From IMG/VR virus record IMGVR_UViG_3300027057_000001, positions 1 through 64,000 of that record: DNA of 64,000 nt; one strand, 5' to 3'. The DNA is from a virus. Below, one piece after another: positions 52,313 through 60,352 of the stretch (positions within the stretch are counted from its first letter, which is position 1; every line of letters starts with the position of its first letter). The notes under the pieces are model-generated. The model was not told the DNA's origin. It was given only the letters and a program-made list of their open reading frames with translations, and searched no databases. Made by a program: the position numbers and the translations under genes.

Positions 52313-53809
52313 ATGGAAGCGAGGAACCAACTCACCGAGGCCGGTGCCAGGAGCATCAGGGATGAATCCTACACCGCGCAACTGAAGGGCAAGTGGGGCA
52401 AGTACCTGAAGGGTGTGAAGGAAGAGCACACCCAGAAGTGCATGGCCATGCTCTTCGAGAACCAGTTCGGCGACATGCGTCGTCAACTGTCGGAGGACAC
52501 GCTGGCCGTGAACTCGGCGGAGTACACCAAGTACATCTTCCCCGTTCTCAGGCGCGTCTTCCCCAACCTGATCGCCAACGAGGTCGTCAGCATCCAGCCG
52601 ATGACCGCGCCGGTCGGGGCCGTGTTCTACTTCGAGTACAAGCACGGCAAGTCCAAGGGCTCGACGGCGGCGGGCACCAACCTGCTCCAGAACTTCGACG
52701 AGAACTACTCGGCGGAGTTGGTGCAGTGGGAGCAGCTTGCCGCCATCGTGGCCGGTGGCGAGTGGTCCGGGGCGACCCCCGGCTCCGTCATCCTGGCCTA
52801 CTCCCCGGTGCGACCGCTGGACACCGCTCTCGGCATCCGGTGCGTCATCCAGGAGTACAACCCGACGACCGACACCGTGGTCCAGGAGGCCATCGACGAC
52901 GGCGCGGGCGGGTTCACGGGCGCGGTGGCCACGGGCGTCATCAACTACGCCAACGGCCAGGTGACGAACTTCACGTTCGCCGCCGCGACCACGGCGGGCA
53001 ACGTCGTTCGGACGTCGTACCAGTACGACTCCGAGGCGAACCGTCTGGTCCCCGACGTGTTCATCGACATCGAGCTTCAGGAGATCCGGGCCACCACGCG
53101 CAAGCTGAAGGCCCGCTGGTCCTCCGAGGCTGCCGACGACCTCCGCGCCTTCCACGGCGTGGACGCCGAGACCGAGTTGGTCAGCGGCATCTCCCAGGAG
53201 ATCTCGCTCGAACTCGACCGGGGCATCCTGGAAGAGCTTTTCCAGGCGTCGGCTGGCATCGTCCGGTCCTTCGACTTCACCGTCCCGGCGGGGCTGTCGG
53301 AGATCGACCACATCCGGTCGGTCATGACCCAGATGTCCAACGTCAGCTTCCAGATCCACAAGGAGTCGCGCCGGGCTCCCGCGAACTGGGCCGTGACGAG
53401 CCCGGAGGTTTCCTCCAAGATCGTCCAGCTTCAGACGCACATGGACTACCGCGCGCCGTGGGTCTCGGACCCGGCCAGCCCGAGCGGCCCCTACGACGGC
53501 ACCGTCGTGCCGCCGAGCTACGGCCCGATCACGAGCCACTTCGGCATCCTCCGCATGGGGCCTCTGAGCAACAAGTGGATGATGTACCAGGACCCCTTCT
53601 TCAGGACGAACTACATCCTGCTGGGGCTCCGGGGCCAGAGCTACCTGGACGCGGGCTTCGTGTTCGCGCCCTACGTGCCGCTCCAACTGACCCCGACGTT
53701 CCTGGACCCGGAGGACCAGACCTACCGGAAGGGCCTCCGCACCCGGTACGCCACGAAGCTCCTGCGGAGCGAGTGGTACGGAAGGGTTCAAATCACCGGA
53801 GGTCTGTAG
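52313..53809 (+). CDS. major capsid protein (T4 gp23-like)
   Basis: RRVFPNLIA..IQPMTAP, TRKLKARWS, FAPYVPL, GLRTRYA. Confidence 0.96.
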   Translation: MEARNQLTEAGARSIRDESYTAQLKGKWGKYLKGVKEEHTQKCMAMLFENQFGDMRRQLSEDTLAVNSAEYTKYIFPVLRRVFPNLIANEVVSIQPMTAPVGAVFYFEYKHGKSKGSTAAGTNLLQNFDENYSAELVQWEQLAAIVAGGEWSGATPGSVILAYSPVRPLDTALGIRCVIQEYNPTTDTVVQEAIDDGAGGFTGAVATGVINYANGQVTNFTFAAATTAGNVVRTSYQYDSEANRLVPDVFIDIELQEIRATTRKLKARWSSEAADDLRAFHGVDAETELVSGISQEISLELDRGILEELFQASAGIVRSFDFTVPAGLSEIDHIRSVMTQMSNVSFQIHKESRRAPANWAVTSPEVSSKIVQLQTHMDYRAPWVSDPASPSGPYDGTVVPPSYGPITSHFGILRMGPLSNKWMMYQDPFFRTNYILLGLRGQSYLDAGFVFAPYVPLQLTPTFLDPEDQTYRKGLRTRYATKLLRSEWYGRVQITGGL

Positions 53810-53887
53810 ACCTTTCGGTGGCTTGCGCCGCTTGACTCAAAGATAACAACGATTCACACTCACCCCTGGCGGCTTGTTCGCCGGGAG

Positions 53888-54376
53888 GTGGGCGTGGACG
53901 ACGAATCCCTCGCAAGATTCAAGCTGAAGTACGTGGTGGCCGATGAGCCGCACGAGCGTCTTGGTACGCCGTGCTGGTTGTGGACTGGTGCGAAAAAGAA
54001 TGGCGGCTATGGATTCATATGGGTGCCACGGGAGCCTGGTGGGAAGGTCAGAGAGGGGTATCAGCGTTCTGCTCATGTGCTCATCTACGAGCATGTGAAC
54101 GGGCCTGTCCCAGGGGGGCTGGAGCTTGATCATCTCTGTCGCGTGCGACACTGTGTCAACCCGGCTCACCTCGAAGCGGTCACGCACGCCGAGAACGTGA
54201 AGAGGGGCGAGGCAGGGCTCCACAACCCGGCCAAGACGCACTGCCCCAATGGGCACGCCTACACGGCTGAGAACACGCTCATCATCAACGACCCCCGTGG
54301 AGCCCATCGGCGGTGCAAAAGGTGTCACGCCGACTACGAGCGCAAGCGCAGGCAACGACTGAGGAAGAAACGCTAG
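53888..54376 (+). CDS. HNH homing endonuclease
   Basis: CWLWTGA, LDHLCRVRHCVNPAHLEAVTHAEN, THCPNGH. Confidence 0.9.
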   Translation: MGVDDESLARFKLKYVVADEPHERLGTPCWLWTGAKKNGGYGFIWVPREPGGKVREGYQRSAHVLIYEHVNGPVPGGLELDHLCRVRHCVNPAHLEAVTHAENVKRGEAGLHNPAKTHCPNGHAYTAENTLIINDPRGAHRRCKRCHADYERKRRQRLRKKR

Positions 54377-54417
54377 TTCGTGTGTGGTAGGATGCCCTGG
54401 AAGGAGGGCACACCTAC

Positions 54418-54804
54418 ATGGCACACCGTTACGTCAAGCACCCGATGTACGTCGGGAAGAGCCTCACCGTCCAGCGTGGGCGGCAGGACAAACTCGTGGG
54501 TGACCGCGAAGTCCTGGTGGGCCGAGAGTGGGAGAAGTTCGTCAAGCAGGGCCTTCTTGTCCCGGCCCCAGAGGAGGAGAAGCCGGCGCCGAAGGTCAAG
54601 CCGGCCCCCAAGCCGGCTCCTGAGCCTGTCAAGGAGCCCGATCCCACACCCGTTCCCTCGCCGCCCGAGCCCGAGCCCGAGCAGAAGGCGGAGCCCGAGG
54701 TGGAGAAGGGCGCTCGCGACGAGGGATCTGTCTCGAAGTCGCCTGCCTCGAAGGTGAGCGGCGCGGGCGGGAAGAAGAAGAAGGGTCGCAAGGGGAAGAA
54801 GTAG
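54418..54804 (+). CDS. hypothetical Pro/Glu/Lys-rich protein
   Basis: AAGGAGG RBS. Confidence 0.65.
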   Translation: MAHRYVKHPMYVGKSLTVQRGRQDKLVGDREVLVGREWEKFVKQGLLVPAPEEEKPAPKVKPAPKPAPEPVKEPDPTPVPSPPEPEPEQKAEPEVEKGARDEGSVSKSPASKVSGAGGKKKKGRKGKK

Positions 54805-54847
54805 GACAGCTACGTCCCTTCCTGTAGACTAAGAGAAGGAGGGGTCG

Positions 54848-55609
54848 ATGGCTCGACCTTGTGACAGAGCGGGTGCCATCGCGTGGCTTCGTAGGAAGCT
54901 AGGCTGTGGTGTCGTCGCCGTCGAGTTGACCGAGGAGCAAGCCGAGGACAGCTTCGACGATGCGATTCGGTGGTGGGTGGGCCGCAAGGGCTTGAAAAAG
55001 CACGCGGTCCAGAACCTCACCCCAGGGGTGCAGGAGTACACCATGCCGGATGACTGCGACATGGTGCTCGAACTGTTCTTCCCAGGGGTGCAACTCGACA
55101 TCATCGCTGCGGTCAACCCCTACGCCTTCATCGACGTGGACCAGCTTCCGGTGGCGTACTCCAGCATCACCGGGGTGCCAGGTGGGAGCTTCTACGGGAC
55201 CTTCTACCAGATCTTGGCCCACGCCGAGACGGCCAGGCGTGTTGTCGGTAGCGAGCCGACTTGGGAGTACCGCAAGAACGAGAACACGGTCTGGGTCTTC
55301 CCTCGCAACCAGCGGAACGGTGCGGCCATCGCCAGGTACGTGTCCAACGACCTGACGAACGAAGCCTGCTCCGACGAGTTCGGGTCGAAGATCACGGTGC
55401 GGGACAGGGACATCATCCTGAAGTGGGCGCTGGCCGACGCGAAGGAGACGCTGGGCCGCATCAGGGGCAAGTACCAGGACTGGCCGACAGCAGGCGGGAC
55501 GCGGGCGCTCGATGGCGACACGCTCCGCACAGAGGGGCTGGCCGAGAAGGAGAAGCTGGACGAAGAGGTCATCGGCCTCTCGGACCCGGTTCCCTTCCTG
55601 ACGGGGTGA
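54848..55609 (+). CDS. neck protein (T4 gp13-like)
   Basis: LRRKLG..VELTEEQ, LGRIRGKY, LDGD, PFLTG. Confidence 0.8.
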   Translation: MARPCDRAGAIAWLRRKLGCGVVAVELTEEQAEDSFDDAIRWWVGRKGLKKHAVQNLTPGVQEYTMPDDCDMVLELFFPGVQLDIIAAVNPYAFIDVDQLPVAYSSITGVPGGSFYGTFYQILAHAETARRVVGSEPTWEYRKNENTVWVFPRNQRNGAAIARYVSNDLTNEACSDEFGSKITVRDRDIILKWALADAKETLGRIRGKYQDWPTAGGTRALDGDTLRTEGLAEKEKLDEEVIGLSDPVPFLTG

Positions 55610-55614
55610 CGAGG

Positions 55615-55860
55615 ATGGAAGACGAACAAGCTCTCCACGAGGGCATCAGAAAGGCCCTGACACGCCAAGGTCTTCTCGATGAGGCGGTTTCCAGCAAGGC
55701 TGTTCAGGCACGGGACAAGGCCGTGAAGGCGGCGATGCTGGAGATCAAAAAGCACGCGAACCAGACCGGCAAGACGCTGACGCCGACCATGGTCAGACAG
55801 ATGGAGGCGTTCATCGCCAGCGCTGTCTCCAGTGCCATGGCCTACTACGGGATGGCGTGA
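55615..55860 (+). CDS. small protein with LxE/A sites
   Basis: ORF in structural operon. Confidence 0.55.
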   Translation: MEDEQALHEGIRKALTRQGLLDEAVSSKAVQARDKAVKAAMLEIKKHANQTGKTLTPTMVRQMEAFIASAVSSAMAYYGMA

Positions 55861-56204
55861 CCTGGGTCGCGCTCGATAGCCTCTTCGAGAGGTCTCCGCG
55901 CACGCAGGCGCGCGGGAGGGGCAAGACGAAAGCCCAGATGGTTCCCGCCGTGGTGTCGCACTGCGTCCTGCGTGTGAAGAAGAAGGGGCACTCCACGAGC
56001 CAGGCGTGGAACATCTGCCGGTCGCAACTGACGAAGCAGGGCTACCTGAAGCCTCCATACAAGGGTGGCGCGAAGCTCCCAGACGCGGCCAGGCCGACCC
56101 AGAAGGGCGTGCGCCGGGGCATGAAGCACGCCATGGAGAAGGACGCCCCGGAGAAGTTCAACAAGTTCAAGGATGCCCTGCGGGACATCGAGACGAGGCT
56201 GTGA
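55857..56204 (+). CDS. small basic protein
   Basis: GTGA overlap; AWNIC motif. Confidence 0.6.
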   Translation: MTWVALDSLFERSPRTQARGRGKTKAQMVPAVVSHCVLRVKKKGHSTSQAWNICRSQLTKQGYLKPPYKGGAKLPDAARPTQKGVRRGMKHAMEKDAPEKFNKFKDALRDIETRL

Positions 56205-56611
56205 TGGCGAAGAAGACCTACCACGCGAAGGATGGACGGTTCACGTCGTTCAACCGGGCCAATGTGGTCAACCAGGGAGGCGAGCGCTTCAAGCTCGTGC
56301 GGACCTTGGAGCCGCTGGACCCCCCGAAGGAGCCCGAGCCGACACCGGCAGAGACCTCAACGGCAGAGGGTGTGGCCCAGGTGAAGCAGAAGGTCCACGA
56401 CCTGGCGGCACGCATCGCCCCGCAGTGGATCTCTCTCGACGAGGTGGTCGAGGCGAAGATGGCCGGGACGAGGCTTCGTGACGCACTTCCGAAGGAAGCG
56501 AAGCTCACGGGCAAGATCGGGCCAAACGAGACCTACAAGCACGGTGAGTGGTTGTACCTCGTGGACCCGAAGACGAAGAAGGTCTTGAACGTCACGAAGG
56601 ACAGGCGGTAG
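56204..56611 (+). CDS. hypothetical protein
   Basis: YHAKDGRFT; LDEVVE/A. Confidence 0.6.
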   Translation: MAKKTYHAKDGRFTSFNRANVVNQGGERFKLVRTLEPLDPPKEPEPTPAETSTAEGVAQVKQKVHDLAARIAPQWISLDEVVEAKMAGTRLRDALPKEAKLTGKIGPNETYKHGEWLYLVDPKTKKVLNVTKDRR

Positions 56612-57175
56612 GTGGCCAAGTTCTGCCCATCGGACTGCGTTTCGGGCCGTCAGCGGTTCCCCGGCGACAACTGCGAGGGGTGTGGAGACGAGCGCCTGAT
56701 TCACGACGTCATCGCGACGGAGCCAGCAGTCCTGGCGGGCACGGCCATCCGGCTCTACGTGCTCAGGCGGGCGAAGAACCGTCACCCCCTGTACAAGGAG
56801 CCGAGCCACGAGGGGAAGGAGTGGTCGTTCCAGGGGCCATTCGAGATGTACGCCGAGCTTGACTTCCCCCAGGCGGCGAACACCACAAGCGAGGTCACCG
56901 AGGTCGGTCAGCGCAAGATGAGCGAGGCCATCCTGAAGCTCCCGCGCAGCGAGGTCGAGCGTGCCGAGGCCCCGGAGCCGAAGAAGGGTGACGTCATCGA
57001 GATGTGGTGGGAGGGACCGTTCGCCGACATGAACGGCTACAGCCAGTGGGACGTGGTGGGCGCAGACCGCGACGGCAACGTGTGGTCCACGCCTGTGTTC
57101 ACTGGCTACGAGATCGAGATCAAGCGGCGCGGGAAGTTTCTGGCGTTCCGCAAGACGGAGCACACGAAGATATGA
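56612..57175 (+). CDS. neck/head-completion protein (gp14-like)
   Basis: PLYKE..FQGPFEMYA..PKKGDVI; position. Confidence 0.6.
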   Translation: MAKFCPSDCVSGRQRFPGDNCEGCGDERLIHDVIATEPAVLAGTAIRLYVLRRAKNRHPLYKEPSHEGKEWSFQGPFEMYAELDFPQAANTTSEVTEVGQRKMSEAILKLPRSEVERAEAPEPKKGDVIEMWWEGPFADMNGYSQWDVVGADRDGNVWSTPVFTGYEIEIKRRGKFLAFRKTEHTKI

Positions 57176-57492
57176 CGCCGCTGTCCCAACGACTGCGAGA
57201 GGCCAAGGACGCCAAGGTGGTGCTCCACCCGGGCCTCATGGTGAAGGTGAAGACGAAGGCGGGCGCGCTGGTGACCCAGGGCCGCATCACGGACGTCATG
57301 CCCGACGAGGGCGTGGTCTTCGTGGCCAACGAGGATGCTGGTGCAGATCTCCGCGTCGGAGTGGATTCCAAGCACTACGAGATCTGGGTGGTGCCTCCGA
57401 CGAACTACGTGCCGAGACTCCCCGACGAGACGACCCTCTACATCAGGACGTCGAGACCAGGGCCGCACGCCTTCTCGAACGTGAAGATGTAG
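57172..57492 (+). CDS. hypothetical protein
   Basis: ATGA overlap. Confidence 0.6.
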   Translation: MTPLSQRLREAKDAKVVLHPGLMVKVKTKAGALVTQGRITDVMPDEGVVFVANEDAGADLRVGVDSKHYEIWVVPPTNYVPRLPDETTLYIRTSRPGPHAFSNVKM

Positions 57493-57501
57493 GAGGCGAA
57501 G

Positions 57502-57828
57502 GTGTTGGAGCCAAAGTGGTTGATGAGCCTGGGATTCGCGTTCCCATGCTCCTTCTGCACGAGAATGTTCAAGCCCCCGAATCGCGAAGCTCCCAGGTGC
57601 TCGATGCAGACCTGCGGCGGGCCATTCGCCGGGCGGTCGTTCCCTGACTACCAGGGACCTCTGACCAGGACCACCATCGCGACCAACTGCTTCCGTTGCG
57701 GTGAGGCAGCGAGCGAGGCCATCGTGGCGAAGGACGGCGGCTACGTCGGGGTCTGCGAGAAGCATCTCAACTCGACCGTCGAGACGTCGTCGGACACGTT
57801 GATTCCATCGACGGAGGTGTCTCGCTGA
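57502..57828 (+). CDS. Cys-rich Zn-binding protein
   Basis: CSFC, CFRCG, CEKH. Confidence 0.6.
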   Translation: MLEPKWLMSLGFAFPCSFCTRMFKPPNREAPRCSMQTCGGPFAGRSFPDYQGPLTRTTIATNCFRCGEAASEAIVAKDGGYVGVCEKHLNSTVETSSDTLIPSTEVSR

Positions 57829-58634
57829 TGCTGGATTTCTACCTGAAAGAGGACAAGAACAACAAGCTGGCCTGGAAGCTGGCAGAGGAGTGGCCAGACC
57901 GGCTCAAAGCCTTCACCTTGGCGCTCCCCCAGGACGTGGCCAAGATGGTCTACGAGGACGTCCTGAAGCTCGCCCCGACTGACATCCCGAAGTACCCGGA
58001 GATGCTGAAGGTCGTGCAGTTCCCGGAGCAGCAGGGCTGGCAGGTGATGGGGATCATCCCCCCTGGGTGGAACTACAGCCAGCGGCTCAAGAGCAGCGAC
58101 GTTCAGCGCACGGTGCTCTACGTGCTGCCCAAGGTGAGGGCCGGGAAGGTCGTCAGCGAGGCGGCTGTGGTGCTGGAGCGCAACAACCCCTGGACGATGA
58201 ACACGCTGCCCTACGAGCCGAAGAGGGTAGAGGCGAGCCTGCGAGCCCGACGTGTGGACGAGCAGGACGTCAAGCGCATCGAGCAGCAGCGAGAGGCGGA
58301 CAAGTCCAAGATCATCAGCGAGCTTCGGTCGCTTGGGGTTCCCATCAGGGCCGAGGGCAAGGTACTCTTGGAGCGGCGCGTCAGTCGGGACATCGCCTTC
58401 GAGGTGCTTCGCAGGGAGAAGGGGATCGGCGTCCCAGGCAAGGCGCACTGGAGGCCAGCGGTCAGGGCGATCTTCACTCAGCACTTCAAAAGAGCCATGG
58501 AAGAGCTTGGGCCGTGGATGGCTGACCCGAAGGACGAAGGGTGGGAGGAAGACCGGAACCTCCCGATTGAGGCTGCATCTGTGATAAAACGGGTGCAGGA
58601 GTTTCAGGATAGAATCGCTCCAGACGGGGCGTGA
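57828..58634 (+). CDS. hypothetical neck/tail-completion protein
   Basis: position; HWRPA near the C-terminus. Confidence 0.55.
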   Translation: MLDFYLKEDKNNKLAWKLAEEWPDRLKAFTLALPQDVAKMVYEDVLKLAPTDIPKYPEMLKVVQFPEQQGWQVMGIIPPGWNYSQRLKSSDVQRTVLYVLPKVRAGKVVSEAAVVLERNNPWTMNTLPYEPKRVEASLRARRVDEQDVKRIEQQREADKSKIISELRSLGVPIRAEGKVLLERRVSRDIAFEVLRREKGIGVPGKAHWRPAVRAIFTQHFKRAMEELGPWMADPKDEGWEEDRNLPIEAASVIKRVQEFQDRIAPDGA

Positions 58635-59197
58635 GCGAGGGCAACATGGACATCGATCAGGTCAACGATGTGCTCTCCCGGGCGAACAGTGAGTTCGAGC
58701 GGCGTGAGCTAGAAGACCTCCGGGCCTACGAGATCGAGGGCGAACTGGAGACCGGCGAGGAGCCGAGCGCAGAAGATCTCGACCGCATCGAGGCCGGTGA
58801 CGACAACAGCCTGGGCGAGATGTACGTCGGGGTTGGCGGGACGGAACCACCCGACTTCTCGCCACCAGGCGACCCCATCGTGGGCAGCGACCAGGGCGTG
58901 GACAACCTCGCCACGGACGCCGAGTCCTACATGAGCTACGTCGCGCAGTGCGCCACGGACGTGGCGGCGCAGTGCGGCATCAGCGACGACGACGCTCTCA
59001 GCGCCTTCGAGGACGTGGCGGCGCAGCTTGCCCAGTCGGGCACGCTTCCCGAGATGCCCGACATCGAGAGCGCCACGAGCGAAGCGATCTCCGAGTGGAC
59101 GGGCAAGGCCAAGACGAGTGATCTCGTGGCTCGCGTCATCGAGTACGTCAAGGCTGGGAAGGGGCAAGGCCCCCTCCACACCGTCGCTGGGCGATAG
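58631..59197 (+). CDS. acidic hypothetical protein
   Basis: ORF in structural operon. Confidence 0.6.
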   Translation: MSEGNMDIDQVNDVLSRANSEFERRELEDLRAYEIEGELETGEEPSAEDLDRIEAGDDNSLGEMYVGVGGTEPPDFSPPGDPIVGSDQGVDNLATDAESYMSYVAQCATDVAAQCGISDDDALSAFEDVAAQLAQSGTLPEMPDIESATSEAISEWTGKAKTSDLVARVIEYVKAGKGQGPLHTVAGR

Positions 59198-59200
59198 CTC

Positions 59201-59902
59201 GTGGCAGATGGCCGCACCGGCACCGTCTTCATCGAGGACTTCGACACGGGGTTGGTGACCACGTTCGGGTCTGTGCTGAAGACGATCACCCTCGATGACG
59301 AGGAAGTGCAAGACTACGCGGTCCAGATCCCGGGTGTCACAGGCCCCGACGAGTACGATGGGCTCATTCCGGTCATCTTTCAGGAGCCCGAAGACGTCTA
59401 CCAGACGGGCTACATTCCGCACATCGCCATCTCGCGCAGCGCCATCACCCCGGCGATGCAGAGGTGGCATCCGGTGGGCAAGGCGTACCAGGTCCCGTCG
59501 AAGGTCGCCCAGACCGTCGCCGCTCAGGACGGCAGCGAAGGCCCGAGTCTGAACGAATTGAAGGGCTATGCCCTGCCCTTCGACATCACCTACGACATCC
59601 ACATGCGCGCCCGGCTCAGGTTGCAGGCGAATCGCATGTTGAAGTACATGGGCCGGTTCATCTGGGCCTATGGGAGCATCTTCTTCACGGACAACGAGGG
59701 GGACGAGCGCGGCTACGTCGCCTACTTGGAGTCCATTGACAACCTGGACGAATTGGTAGAGTTTTCAGATAGGACGCTTGGGTTCACGATGAGCGTGAGG
59801 GTCGAAGCGGAGCTTGACTTCTCCGACCCGCTCGTCGTTCCCACGGCGAGGGCTTTCGGCATCAGCGTTGAGAACCTGGCTGCGAGCGTCCTGGGAGGTT
59901 GA
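59201..59902 (+). CDS. putative tail terminator / sheath stabiliser (gp15-like)
   Basis: IPHIAISR, PFDITYDI; upstream of sheath. Confidence 0.55.
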   Translation: MADGRTGTVFIEDFDTGLVTTFGSVLKTITLDDEEVQDYAVQIPGVTGPDEYDGLIPVIFQEPEDVYQTGYIPHIAISRSAITPAMQRWHPVGKAYQVPSKVAQTVAAQDGSEGPSLNELKGYALPFDITYDIHMRARLRLQANRMLKYMGRFIWAYGSIFFTDNEGDERGYVAYLESIDNLDELVEFSDRTLGFTMSVRVEAELDFSDPLVVPTARAFGISVENLAASVLGG

Positions 59903-59904
59903 CG

Positions 59905-60306
59905 ATGCAGTGGTGGCTTTATAAAGGGGCGGTCACGACCCCCATCGACATCCCTGGAAAGGGACCGACCGTCATCCGTCCCAGGGACAAGTTCCAGGCT
60001 CCGTTCGCGGCTGTGGCGCACCTGAAGCGCCTCGGCAGGGTCGTCCCCTGTCGCCCCCCAAAGGAGGCGAAGGAGGCGAGTCCCAAGCCCAAAAGTGCCC
60101 CCAAGGCACCGAAAGCCTCCGAAGAGCGTGCGGTTGCGCCTCCGACTGTGGTAGCATCCAAGTCGGAACCAAAGGCGGAGGTGGTAGAACAAGAGAAGGT
60201 CGAGGCCACCGTGACAGAGGTCGCGGACGACACCCAGAAGGAGAAGGCGGAAGAGGAGAAGGAGGCCCCGAAGGAGAAGGCGAAGGAAAAGAGGCGCAGG
60301 CGGTAG
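59905..60306 (+). CDS. hypothetical Lys/Glu-rich protein
   Basis: GGAGG RBS. Confidence 0.6.
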   Translation: MQWWLYKGAVTTPIDIPGKGPTVIRPRDKFQAPFAAVAHLKRLGRVVPCRPPKEAKEASPKPKSAPKAPKASEERAVAPPTVVASKSEPKAEVVEQEKVEATVTEVADDTQKEKAEEEKEAPKEKAKEKRRRR

Positions 60307-60352
60307 AAAAGCTGACCCTTCATGGCCCCCCAGGGGGTAGGGAGATTGAACG